Origin: an uncultured Trueperaceae bacterium
GTDB lineage: Bacteria; Deinococcota; Deinococci; Deinococcales; Trueperaceae
DNA: 64,000 bases
Assembly (NCBI GenBank): GCA_963815215.1
Contig: CAWFFU010000010.1
Span: 64,001 to 128,000 of the forward strand
Reading direction: 5' to 3'
Shown here: positions 1 to 9,301 of the stretch, piece by piece
Numbering within the stretch: the first letter of the stretch is position 1
Layout: each line of letters opens with the position of its first letter
Program-made: the position numbers and the translations under genes
Notes under the pieces: generated by a model
Told to the model about the DNA's origin: nothing
Seen by the model: the letters and a program-made list of their open reading frames with translations, nothing else
The model's database searches: none

Positions 1-9
1 GCGTGCGTC

Positions 10-609
10 CTAGGCTCTTCCTTCGCGGCACCCGCCTTCGTCGATCGGCGCGGCTCGATGTCCCTGGAGGAACGCATCCGCCACCGCCACGGGGTCGAAG
101 GCGGGCGCCCCCGTCTCGGCCCCGCCCCGTCGCCACAGCCCCTCGGCGAGCATCGGGGCGATCAGGAACACGACCTTCTGGAAGGGATCTCCGGAGCCGA
201 TGCTGCCTCGCTCCTGGTGGATCGCGACGATGCGCGCCGCCCGCTGCAAGTTGGGCAAGAGCGTAGAGACGGCCGCACGCAACTCGGGGTGGCGGGGGAT
301 CTCGGTCAGCAGGGTCACGACCGCGTCGCCGTAGCTCTGGTTGGTTCGCGCGTACGCCCGAACGATGGCGGCGAGGTCGGCCCGGACGTCGTCGCTCGCC
401 TCGAGTCGACCGAAGGGCGTCCTTGCGAGGACGTGGCTCAGAGCAGCCTCGATGAGCGCGGCCTTGGTTCCGAAGCGGCGGTACAACGTCACCTCGTTGA
501 CGCCCGCTCGAGACGCCATCTCCTTCGTCGTGGCGGCGCCGAAGCCGTGCTCGGCGAACACCCGCACGACCGCGTGGAACAGGCTGTCGAGATCGATGAC
601 CTTGGGCAT
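10..609 (-). CDS. TetR/AcrR family transcriptional regulator
   Basis: N-terminal HTH 'AVVRVFAEHGFGAATTKEMASRAGVNEVTLYRRFGTKAAL'; start taken at ATG 609 (MPKVID). Confidence 0.9.
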   Translation of the reverse strand: MPKVIDLDSLFHAVVRVFAEHGFGAATTKEMASRAGVNEVTLYRRFGTKAALIEAALSHVLARTPFGRLEASDDVRADLAAIVRAYARTNQSYGDAVVTLLTEIPRHPELRAAVSTLLPNLQRAARIVAIHQERGSIGSGDPFQKVVFLIAPMLAEGLWRRGGAETGAPAFDPVAVADAFLQGHRAAPIDEGGCREGRA

Positions 610-645
610 GGGCCCCCTGACTCGCGGCGCTACCGCGACACGCCA

Positions 646-667
646 ATTGTAAGTCATCACTTGCAAT
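646..667. promoter_or_regulatory. Putative TetR operator ATTGTAAGT-N4-ACTTGCAAT
   Basis: 9-bp inverted repeat with one mismatch, AT-rich, between divergent TetR and nitroreductase genes. Confidence 0.65.
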
Positions 668-668
668 A

Positions 669-1949
669 ATGCCAGGGTTCGGCTACCGTGGAACCGTCCG
701 GGCGGCCGCCATCGTGCGGTCAGAGCGCAAGCCCAGTCCAGAGGGCCTACGGCGAGGTGCGAGCGTGGCGAAGATCGGGGTAGCCAAGGGCGCAGGCGTG
801 CCAGTGGAGCACTCGCTGCTGTGGCGCATCAAGGTTCGGCTCCAGTTCACGGGCTGGCTCCAGTACGTCCCCAACGCCGCGGTGGCGTTCGCATTCCTGA
901 TCCTGGCGGCTCTGGGAAGGCGGATCGGCGTGTGGCCGGTCGTCCTGTTCTGGACACCGGCGGGCCTTGGCGGCCTGCTTCTGGCCAATCTCGGCTTCGA
1001 CCTCGTCACCGTCAAGCTGGGGATCCACCGTTCCGAGTCCGTGCCCGGCGCGAGGGACGAGCTGGCCCCCTTCGATCTGATGCGTTCGCGCCGCTCCTGC
1101 CGCTCGTTCCAGTCGCGGGACCTCCGTAACGACCACCGCGCCGCCGTCCTGGCGTCCGTCCTCGCGCACACCGCACCGGACGTCCTGATCGGCGAGCGCC
1201 CCATCCGTTTCGAGTACATCGCGGCGCCGCTCACGGTATGGCCCGTCGTGGGCGCCCACGAGTTCCTGGTAGCGATCGGCCCGCGTGCGTACGACCGGAT
1301 GGCGAACATCGATGTCGGCCGCAGCCTACAGAGGGTGGTGCTCGACGCCACCCGCATGGGCGTGGCGACTTGCTGGATCGGCCCCGGTGCCGATCACACG
1401 AGCGTCGTCCGTCATCTCGGAGACCGCTTCGACCCCGAGGCGGACCACATCGTCTGCGTCTGCGCCCTGGGCTACCGGTCGCGCTACGTACCCGCGTTCA
1501 GCCGCGTGATGAAACTCGCGCAGCATCGGCGCCTGCCGCTGACGTCGCTGTTCTTCGCCGGTCCCGACTTCCGCGAGCCCCTGGATATCGCGGCGCTGCC
1601 GTTCGTGGCCTTCCAACGTTGCTACGAGGTTTGCCAGTGGTCCCCGTCGTCCTACAACAGCCAGACGACGCGTTGCGTGGGTGCCGAGGAGACGCACGAC
1701 GGCGCCCTTCGGGGCCTCCGGTTCGACTTCTACGCTGCTACGGCCTCACGCTTCTACGCGCCCGTGGCGCTGGGGATCTGGTGTGCCGACTGGGAGGCCG
1801 GCTGCGAGGCGCTGGGCATCGAGGGGCACTTCGACGTGCTGCCGGCCGAGGCGCGCGCGGACCGCCCGGCCCACGACGTTCCACGCTACGACGTCAGCTG
1901 GGTCGCCGAGGATCCCCGAGGGCTCGTGGCAGGGTCGACCCGCGCCTAG
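669..1949 (+). CDS. Nitroreductase-family protein with N-terminal transmembrane segments (true start may be a downstream GTG)
   Basis: FMN-binding 'MRSRRSCRSF', 'LDATRMGVATCWIG', second half-domain 'WSPSSYNSQ'; two hydrophobic stretches near the N-terminus. Confidence 0.75.
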   Translation: MPGFGYRGTVRAAAIVRSERKPSPEGLRRGASVAKIGVAKGAGVPVEHSLLWRIKVRLQFTGWLQYVPNAAVAFAFLILAALGRRIGVWPVVLFWTPAGLGGLLLANLGFDLVTVKLGIHRSESVPGARDELAPFDLMRSRRSCRSFQSRDLRNDHRAAVLASVLAHTAPDVLIGERPIRFEYIAAPLTVWPVVGAHEFLVAIGPRAYDRMANIDVGRSLQRVVLDATRMGVATCWIGPGADHTSVVRHLGDRFDPEADHIVCVCALGYRSRYVPAFSRVMKLAQHRRLPLTSLFFAGPDFREPLDIAALPFVAFQRCYEVCQWSPSSYNSQTTRCVGAEETHDGALRGLRFDFYAATASRFYAPVALGIWCADWEAGCEALGIEGHFDVLPAEARADRPAHDVPRYDVSWVAEDPRGLVAGSTRA

Positions 1950-2069
1950 GCGCGACCGGCGGCCGCCCCCCGACATGGATGGGCACGGCCACTGGGTTAG
2001 GATGCTCGCCACAGCAACAAGATCGGCCGTCGGCCACTTGCTTCGTAGCTCAAGAACGGGGTCTGTATT

Positions 2070-4157
2070 GTGAAGCGTCTTCTTGTCGGATTCGTGTCGT
2101 GGGTCGCGCTTGCGATCGTCTTGGCGGGCTGCGCGTCTTCGAGCTCGGGTTCCGTGTCGACCAGCACGTCGTTCGTGTCGTTCCCCGGAACGACGTCGAG
2201 CACGGTCTCGGTCACTGCGAACAGGTCCTGGAGCGCGACGACGGATCAGTCGTGGTTGAAGCTGAGCCCGAGCTCCGGCTCGCACTCAAGCGCGGTGACG
2301 CTCACCGTGGACCGCACGGGCCTGCAGCCCGGCTCGTACGCCGGCACGGTGCTGGTGCAGAGCGGCAACGCCAGCAAGGCTGTCACGGTCTACATGCGCT
2401 TCGCTTCCGTGGCGGGGAACATCACCGGACCGGCCGGGCAGATCCTGCCGCAGAGCGTGGTTACGCCCCAATCGATCTCGGCGTCCGCCTCGTACGTGCC
2501 GGGGCAGGTGCTGGTGAAGGTGTCGTCGGCGTTCCTGGCGGTGCAGGGTCTGGCGCCCCAGTCCGTGGGTGGTCGGCTCGCGCCGCAGTCTGTGACGCCG
2601 CAAGCGGTGCGCAGCGCGGCCGCCACCATCGCCCAGGCACACGGGCTGAGTGTGCAGAGCCTCATCGCGCCCGGTTCTTCGTGGACGGTGGTGGATACCC
2701 GTGGTCAGGCTGTGCCGCAAGCCGTCTCGGCGCTGCTGAGCGACGCGCGCGTGGCCGCGGCGCAACCCAACTACCTGCTCCACCTGAGTTCGGCCGCCTT
2801 CCCGGCGGCGACGTCGGGCATCGCCCCGCAGGCGGTTCCGTCCGATCCGCTGTTCGCGGACCAATGGGACATGACCGTCCTCGGCATGCCGGGGGTCTGG
2901 GACACGCTGACGGGCAGCAGCGATGTGGTGGTGGGGGTGGTGGACAGCGGTGTCATGGTCTCGCACCCCGACCTCCAGGCCAACGCGCCGTATGTCGGCT
3001 ATGATTTCGTCCTCAACCAGGCCGGAGCCACCACGCCCGCTTCCGACGGCGAGTACCACGGCACCCACGTTGCGGGCACCATCGGCGCGGTAGCCGGCAA
3101 CGGCGTCGGCGTGGCGGGCATGAACTCGCATGTCAGCCTCCTGCCGGTGCGGGTGTGCGACGCCACGGGCTGTCCTACCGCTGCCACCCTTCGCGGCATA
3201 GAGTATGCCGCGGGCCTTTCCGTCTACGACGGGAACAACGTTCTCGTCACGCCGCCAGCGCAGGCGCGCGTCATCAACCTCAGCCTGGGAGCCTCCGTCC
3301 CCTGGGGGATCGCGGACGCCGTAGCCGCCGCAGCCGGGAACGGCACCGTGGTGGTGGCGGCCGCCGGGAACGACGGCACCAATTGCACGAATCCGCCGCA
3401 GTACGACACCGGCCGCTCGCCGTCCCTGGTCGGTTATCCGGCGGCGAACCCGGACACGATCGCGGTCGGTTCGGCGGACTACGACCGGGGGGGTGCCGGC
3501 TCGTGGGCCGTCAGCTGCTTCTCCGATGCGGGCGCACCCAACGGCGGGCAGGGCGTGACGGTCGTGGCGCCCGGTGGCTTCCTCTTCGACAACGGCACGC
3601 CCGTGGCGCCCCCTGTCGGCATGTTCAGCGGCGGGTGGGCCGGACTCGGTGTGGTCAGCACCTGGTGGGACAACAGCTCCCTTCCGGGCTCGCCCACCTA
3701 CGCGTCGCTGGTCGGCACGTCCATGGCCACCCCGCATGTGGTCGGCCTGGTGGCGCTGATGCTGGCGGAGAACCCGGCGCTCACCCCCACGCAGGTGAAG
3801 CTGGCGCTCGAACAGACCGCCACCGGCCCCGCGAGCTACGACACGTATGTGGGCTACGGCATGGTCGCGCCGAGCAGCGCCATCGACCTGGCACGCAACA
3901 GCGCCACCGCCAGAGCCAGCGACTTCGTCGTCAGGCTCATGCAGGGCGGCACGCTCGTCGAGCAGGCGCGCGCCGATGCCGGCGGGGACTTCACCCTCGC
4001 CAACGTACCGTCCGGTTCGTACACGCTGGAGGCCGGCAACGACGCCAACGGCAACGGCGCGCTCGGAGACGTCGGCGAGTTCTACGGGCAGACCGCTGTC
4101 ACGGTCGACAGCAGCGGTGACGTCACGGGTACCGGGCTCAACGTGCAGTTGCAGTAG
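2070..4157 (+). CDS. S8 (subtilisin-family) serine peptidase lipoprotein with BACON-like N-terminal domain
   Basis: Lipobox LAGC; catalytic D (VVDSG), H (HGTHVAG), S (GTSMATPHV), oxyanion AAGN; 'WSATTDQSWLKLSPSSG' BACON-like. Confidence 0.92.
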   Translation: MKRLLVGFVSWVALAIVLAGCASSSSGSVSTSTSFVSFPGTTSSTVSVTANRSWSATTDQSWLKLSPSSGSHSSAVTLTVDRTGLQPGSYAGTVLVQSGNASKAVTVYMRFASVAGNITGPAGQILPQSVVTPQSISASASYVPGQVLVKVSSAFLAVQGLAPQSVGGRLAPQSVTPQAVRSAAATIAQAHGLSVQSLIAPGSSWTVVDTRGQAVPQAVSALLSDARVAAAQPNYLLHLSSAAFPAATSGIAPQAVPSDPLFADQWDMTVLGMPGVWDTLTGSSDVVVGVVDSGVMVSHPDLQANAPYVGYDFVLNQAGATTPASDGEYHGTHVAGTIGAVAGNGVGVAGMNSHVSLLPVRVCDATGCPTAATLRGIEYAAGLSVYDGNNVLVTPPAQARVINLSLGASVPWGIADAVAAAAGNGTVVVAAAGNDGTNCTNPPQYDTGRSPSLVGYPAANPDTIAVGSADYDRGGAGSWAVSCFSDAGAPNGGQGVTVVAPGGFLFDNGTPVAPPVGMFSGGWAGLGVVSTWWDNSSLPGSPTYASLVGTSMATPHVVGLVALMLAENPALTPTQVKLALEQTATGPASYDTYVGYGMVAPSSAIDLARNSATARASDFVVRLMQGGTLVEQARADAGGDFTLANVPSGSYTLEAGNDANGNGALGDVGEFYGQTAVTVDSSGDVTGTGLNVQLQ

Positions 4158-4297
4158 TCGTGCTGTAGCCGGCCAACGAACCGGCCTTCGTTCCTCGGGG
4201 CCGACGGCCTCGCTCAGGCAGCTCACGCCGTGCGCGATCACGAACGGCCCGCCACCCGCCCCGAGCCGCCGTGTATGGTGGCCCCAGGTTCGCGACA

Positions 4298-7045
4298 ATG
4301 GCTGCGCAGGTACTCACGACCAAGCTCTATGCTCCACCGCATCGTGGCGGGCTGGTGGCCCGGCCCCGGTTGCTGGAGCAGATGGAGCAGGGGGCGCAGC
4401 GCAAGCTGACGCTCCTTTCGGCGCCCGCGGGCTTCGGCAAGACGACGCTGGTGAGCGAGTGGCTGGTGGCCCGGGGGCGCCGGGCCGCGTGGCTGTCGCT
4501 CGACGCGGACGACCGCGATCCTCCGCGCTTCCTGGCCCACCTGGTGGCCGCGCTGCAGACCGTGGCGCCCGACGTGGGTCAGGGCGTCGCCCAGGCGCTC
4601 GGCGCCTCGCAGGTCCCGCCGGTCCCGTGGCTCCTGGCCGAGCTGCTCAACGACCTCGCCGCCGCGCCGGACGATGTGCTGGTGGTGCTCGACGACCTCC
4701 ACGCGGTGGAGGGCGTGGCGATCCCCGAGGCGCTGGGGTACCTGCTCGACCACCTCCCGCCGCATGTCCACCTGGTGCTCACCACGCGCGAGGACCCCCC
4801 GTTCCGGTTGGCGATGCTCCGCGCCCGCGACCAGCTCATCGAGATCCGCGCCGCCGACCTCCGCTTCCGGCACGAGGAGGCCGCCGCCTTCCTCGAGGGA
4901 GGCGTCGGCGCACCGCTCTCGGCCGAGGCGGTGGCCACGCTGGAGGCGCGCACCGAGGGGTGGATCGCGGGGTTGCAACTCGCGGCCCTCTCCCTGCGCG
5001 GCCGCGACGACGTCTCCGACTTCCTGCGCTCGTTCGCCGGCGACCACCGCTACGTGGTGGACTACCTCGTCGAGGAGGTCCTGGACCGGCAACCTGCCGA
5101 CGTGCGGAGATTCCTGCTGGAGACGGCGATCCTCGACCGCCTCACTGGCGGGCTGTGCGACGCGCTCACGGGCCGGCACGACTCGGCGGCCCTGCTCGAT
5201 GCGCTCGAGCGCGCGAACCTGTTCCTCGTACCGCTCGACGACACCCGCCGCTGGTACCGCTACCACCAGCTCTTCGCCGACGTCCTCCGGGCCCACCTCG
5301 CCCAGGAGGGGGAGGACGTGGCGGCACTTCACGCCCGTGCGAGCACCTGGTTCGAGACGCAGGGCGAGCTCGAGGACGCCGTGCGCCACGCGCTCGAGGC
5401 GGAGGATTCCGAGCGCGCGGCCCGTCTCGTGGAGTTGGCGTGGCGCGCGATGGACAGCACCTTCCGATCCTCCGCCTGGCGCGCCTGGGCCGAGGCGCTG
5501 CCGGAGGCGGTCGTGCACGCACGGCCCGCGCTGTCGGCCGGGCTGGCGTGGGCGCACCTGAACGCCGGCGAGCTGGACGCGGCCGACCGCCGCCTCGAGA
5601 GCATCGAGGCGTGGCTCGAGGAGACCGGCGGCGCAGCCGACACCGCGGCGCGCGAGGCGTCCGCTGGGCGCGCGGCCGCCTCGTCAGATGCCGGGGCGAT
5701 GTCCCAGCTTGCGGGCACCGTCGCCTCGGCTCGAGCCTTCCACGCGCTTGCCACCCGGGCCGCCGCGGCAGCCGTGGAGCACGGGCGGCGAGCGCTCCGG
5801 CTGCTGGCCGCCGACGATCCGGCGCGCGGCGTGCCGCTCGGCATCCTCAGCCTGGCGCACTGGGCCAACGGTGAGCTGGACGAGGCCTACCGGATCCTCG
5901 ACGACGCCATGCAGGGCTTCCGCGCGAGCGGGAACGCGATCGCGGCGGCCAGCGGCACCTTCGGGCTGGCCGACATCCTCGCTACCCAGGGGCGGCTTCG
6001 TGCCGCGCGGCGGCTGTACGACGATGCGTTCGCGCTGACCGCGGAGCTGGCCACGCCCCAGTTCCCCGGTGCGGCTGAGCTCCACGTCGGCCTCGCCGAG
6101 GTGTTGCGCCAGCAGGGCGAGCTCGCCGAGGCAGAAGAGCATCTGCGGCGCGCCGAGGCGCTCGGCGAGCGCGCGGTGCTGCAGGGCGACGAATCGCGCC
6201 TGCGCGCCGCGATGGGGTGGCTGGAAGCGGGTCTCGGCCGGTTCGACCAGGCGCTCGAGCGCCTCGACGAGGCCGAGCGGCTCCGTGTTCCGTCCCCCAT
6301 GCCCGACCTGCGACCGATCGACGCCATGCGCGCCAGCGTGCACCTCGCGCGCGGCTCGGTCGCACCGGCCCGTGCCTGGGCCGATGCCCGAGGACTGTCG
6401 GGGGACGACGAGGTCAGTTTCGCCAACGAGTTCGAGTACCTCGTCCTGGTGCACCTCCTCGTCGCGGAAGGCAGGCTGGCGGGCGCCGGCCGACAGCTGA
6501 GGGAGGCCCGTTCGCTGCTGGACCGTCTCCTCGCTGCGGCCATCGAGGGACGGCGCGGGGGCCGTGCGATCCACATCCTGGTCCTCGAGGCGCTCGCCCA
6601 CGACGCCGCGGGAGACGCAGCGGACGCTCGCTCGGCCCTCGCGCGCGCGCTCGCGGCAGCCGAACCCGAGGGGTACGCGAGCGTGTTCCTCGACGGGGGC
6701 GCGCCGATGAGGGCGCTGCTTCGGGACGCCGTGCGACGCAAGGCGACCGCCCCTGCGGCACGCCGGCTCCTGGCGCTGGCCGATCGTCCGGGTGTCACGG
6801 TGCGGGGAGCGCGCCATGCCGTCGTGGCGGAGCGTCCCGCCGCGGGAGCACACGACGCCCTCACCGATCGGGAGGCCGAGGTGCTGCGCTACCTCGCCGG
6901 CGATCTGAGCGGTCCCGAGATCGCCCGCCACCTCGGCGTGTCGCTCAACACCCTTCGCACGCACAGCAAGAGCGTGTACAGCAAGCTGGGCGTCACCGGC
7001 CGCCGAGCGGCCGTGCGGCGGGCCGGCGAGCTGGGCCTGCTGTAG
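4298..7045 (+). CDS. MalT-like ATP-dependent (STAND) LuxR-family transcriptional regulator
   Basis: Walker A APAGFGKTT, Walker B VVLDDLH, TEGWIAGLQL, WYRYHQLFAD, C-terminal LuxR HTH 'LTDREAEVLRYL...EIARHLGVSLNTLRTH...YSKLGV'. Confidence 0.93.
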   Translation: MAAQVLTTKLYAPPHRGGLVARPRLLEQMEQGAQRKLTLLSAPAGFGKTTLVSEWLVARGRRAAWLSLDADDRDPPRFLAHLVAALQTVAPDVGQGVAQALGASQVPPVPWLLAELLNDLAAAPDDVLVVLDDLHAVEGVAIPEALGYLLDHLPPHVHLVLTTREDPPFRLAMLRARDQLIEIRAADLRFRHEEAAAFLEGGVGAPLSAEAVATLEARTEGWIAGLQLAALSLRGRDDVSDFLRSFAGDHRYVVDYLVEEVLDRQPADVRRFLLETAILDRLTGGLCDALTGRHDSAALLDALERANLFLVPLDDTRRWYRYHQLFADVLRAHLAQEGEDVAALHARASTWFETQGELEDAVRHALEAEDSERAARLVELAWRAMDSTFRSSAWRAWAEALPEAVVHARPALSAGLAWAHLNAGELDAADRRLESIEAWLEETGGAADTAAREASAGRAAASSDAGAMSQLAGTVASARAFHALATRAAAAAVEHGRRALRLLAADDPARGVPLGILSLAHWANGELDEAYRILDDAMQGFRASGNAIAAASGTFGLADILATQGRLRAARRLYDDAFALTAELATPQFPGAAELHVGLAEVLRQQGELAEAEEHLRRAEALGERAVLQGDESRLRAAMGWLEAGLGRFDQALERLDEAERLRVPSPMPDLRPIDAMRASVHLARGSVAPARAWADARGLSGDDEVSFANEFEYLVLVHLLVAEGRLAGAGRQLREARSLLDRLLAAAIEGRRGGRAIHILVLEALAHDAAGDAADARSALARALAAAEPEGYASVFLDGGAPMRALLRDAVRRKATAPAARRLLALADRPGVTVRGARHAVVAERPAAGAHDALTDREAEVLRYLAGDLSGPEIARHLGVSLNTLRTHSKSVYSKLGVTGRRAAVRRAGELGLL

Positions 7046-7062
7046 CGCCTGACCGAAACCCC

Positions 7063-7133
7063 TCACCTAAGCCCCTCACCACCTGGCATCACCGCATCGG
7101 GTGACGACGTCTCACCACGTCGCCGCCTACGCT
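7063..7133 (+). promoter_or_regulatory. Phased TCACC array, TCACC-N6-GGTGA palindrome and candidate -10 (TACGCT)
   Basis: TCACC at 7063, 7076, 7089, 7112; GGTGA at 7100-7104; TACGCT at 7128-7133. Confidence 0.6.
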
Positions 7134-7228
7134 CCTCCCATCGCTGCGAACGGCGACCCGGTCGGCAAGCTCCCGCACGAGCCCACCCGGTCCGGCCGCC
7201 CGAGCGAACGACCAGGAAGGGAGGAACC

Positions 7229-7504
7229 ATGCCTGCAAGCGAGCGACCCTACGAACCGAGCGCCCGCCCCGAGCGCTACGCGATCCGCGTACGGGGTCAC
7301 CTCGACGACCGCTGGGCGAGCGCCTTCGACGGCCTCACGCTGCTCCGCGAGGAGGGCGGCGTCACCCTGCTGGCGGGTCCGGTCGCCGATCAGGCAGCGC
7401 TCCACGCGCTCCTGCGTCGCATCCGCGACCTCGGCCTGCCACTCCTGTCCGTCACCCCTATGCCGAGCGACGCCGGGGCTCCGCCCGACACGCCCACCCC
7501 GTAG
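7229..7504 (+). CDS. Small hypothetical protein (91 aa) of a type found next to MalT-like regulators
   Basis: RBS GGGAGG; 'YAIRVRGHLDDRWASAFDGL...GPVADQAALHALLRRIRDLGLPLLSV'. Confidence 0.8.
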   Translation: MPASERPYEPSARPERYAIRVRGHLDDRWASAFDGLTLLREEGGVTLLAGPVADQAALHALLRRIRDLGLPLLSVTPMPSDAGAPPDTPTP

Positions 7505-7644
7505 GCGCCGCGGCGGGGCCGGCCCTCGCGGAGTGCGAGGGCGCGCCGCCCGACACGGACCCGCGAAGATCACGCGCACCGTCGAGAACGTTCGACCCGA
7601 AGCACGGGAACCCATCCCGCACCAGGAGTGAAGGAGAGATCACT

Positions 7645-8376
7645 ATGACCGCGACCCCGATGACCCGCCCCGAACGCCCCACGTCCGTCCAGACGACCGC
7701 CCGCACCGCCGGCCTGCTCTACCTGATCCTCGCCGTCTGCGGGGGATTCGCCGAGTTCTTCGTGCGCCAGGCGATCGTGGTACGCGGCGACGCCGAGGCC
7801 ACTGTGGCCAACCTGATGGCCTCCACCCCGATCTTCCGCCTCGGTATCGTGGCGGAGCTCGTCGGGCAGGTCGTCTTCGTGTTGCTGGTGATGGCGCTGT
7901 ACCGCCTGCTCGGCGGCATCGACCGACGGCAGGCGAGGCTCATGGTCACCTTCGTGGTCCTTGCGGTGGCGATCACCTGTCTGAACATGCTCAACCAGTT
8001 CGCCCCGCTGCTGTTGCTGAGCGGCGCACCGTACCTCGGCGCCTTCGACACCGCCCAACTGCACGCCCTGGTGCTCGCCTTCCTCGACCTGCAGCACGCC
8101 GGTTATCTCATTGCCCAGGTGTTCTTCGGTCTGTGGCTGCTGCCGCTCGGCATCCTGGTGTTCCGTTCCGGCTTCCTTCCACGGGCCGTCGGCGTGCTGC
8201 TCGTCATCGCATGTGCCGGCTACCTGGCCGACGTCGCGCTGTTCTTCCTGGCGCCGGGCTTCGGGCTCGTCCTCAGCGAGTTCACCTTCGTGGGCGAGCT
8301 GGCGCTCATGCTGTGGCTCCTCGTGTTCGGCGTGAACGTCGAGCGCTGGACGAAGCGCGCACTGCAGCCGGCCTGA
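7645..8376 (+). CDS. DUF4386-like multi-pass membrane protein
   Basis: RBS AAGGAG; 'ARTAGLLYL', 'FFGLWLLPLGILVFRSGFLPR', 'GELALMLWLL'; several TM helices. Confidence 0.8.
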   Translation: MTATPMTRPERPTSVQTTARTAGLLYLILAVCGGFAEFFVRQAIVVRGDAEATVANLMASTPIFRLGIVAELVGQVVFVLLVMALYRLLGGIDRRQARLMVTFVVLAVAITCLNMLNQFAPLLLLSGAPYLGAFDTAQLHALVLAFLDLQHAGYLIAQVFFGLWLLPLGILVFRSGFLPRAVGVLLVIACAGYLADVALFFLAPGFGLVLSEFTFVGELALMLWLLVFGVNVERWTKRALQPA

Positions 8377-8387
8377 GGGCGGACGGC

Positions 8388-8430
8388 AGCGGCGGCGGGA
8401 CCGGAGCGGTTGCCCGGTCCCGCCGCCGCT
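8388..8430. terminator. 17-bp perfect hairpin between convergent genes
   Basis: AGCGGCGGCGGGACCGG / CCGGTCCCGCCGCCGCT with 9-nt loop. Confidence 0.7.
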
Positions 8431-9301
8431 ACTGCCGCAAGGTCGGGTCGAGCACGTCGCGCAGGCCGTCGCCGAGGAGGTTGAAGCCGAGCACGGCCAG
8501 CGTGATGGTGACGCCCGGGGCGAACGCCATGAGCGGATCGATGGTCAGGTAGAGCTGAGCGTCGCTGAGCATCGAGCCCCACTCGGGCGTGGGCGGCTGC
8601 ACGCCGAGTCCCAGGAACGACAGCCCAGACGCCACCAGCAGCGTGACCCCCGTGCGCAGGGTGGCGTAGACGATGACCGGCGCGATGACGTTGGGGAGAA
8701 GGTGGCTGAAGACGATGCGGCCGTGGCTCGCGCCGAGCCCGCGGGCGGCCTCGACGAAGGCGCGCTCCTTGGCGGTGAGTACCGACGCCCGCGTGAGGCG
8801 GGCGAAGATCGGCACGCCGAAGAGGCTGGACGCGAAGATGACCGGACCCACGCCCGGGCCCGTGATGGTGATCAGGCCGATGGCGATGAGGAGCCCTGGG
8901 AACGCCAGCATGACGTCCACGACGCGCATGGAGAGGGCGCCGAGGATGCCGCCGGCATACCCCGACCACAACCCCCACAGCCCGCCCACTAGAGCGCCGA
9001 GGGCGGTCGCCGACAACCCGATGCCGATGGAGTAGCGCGCGCCGAAGAGGATGCGGCTGAGGATGTCGCGGCCGAAGTTGTCCGTGCCGAGCCAGTGCGC
9101 GCCGGAGACGCCCGCGCTGAGGTTCATGAAGTCGGAGGCGGTCGGATCGAAGGGCGCGATGTACGGCCCGACGATCGCCAGGACGAGGAACGCCGTCGAC
9201 AGCAGCAGCCCGATGGCGCCGCTGCGGTGGCGGAGGAGTCGCGCCAGGACGCCCTTGCGGCGGGCGACGGCACGCCGCGTCGTGAGCGGGGCGCTAGTCA
9301 T
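8429..9301 (-). CDS. Peptide/nickel ABC permease (DppC/GsiD-like)
   Basis: 'HWLGTDNFGRDILSR', EAA loop 'FVEAARGLGAS', 'LSFLGLGVQPPTPEWG'. Confidence 0.93.
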   Translation of the reverse strand: MTSAPLTTRRAVARRKGVLARLLRHRSGAIGLLLSTAFLVLAIVGPYIAPFDPTASDFMNLSAGVSGAHWLGTDNFGRDILSRILFGARYSIGIGLSATALGALVGGLWGLWSGYAGGILGALSMRVVDVMLAFPGLLIAIGLITITGPGVGPVIFASSLFGVPIFARLTRASVLTAKERAFVEAARGLGASHGRIVFSHLLPNVIAPVIVYATLRTGVTLLVASGLSFLGLGVQPPTPEWGSMLSDAQLYLTIDPLMAFAPGVTITLAVLGFNLLGDGLRDVLDPTLRQ

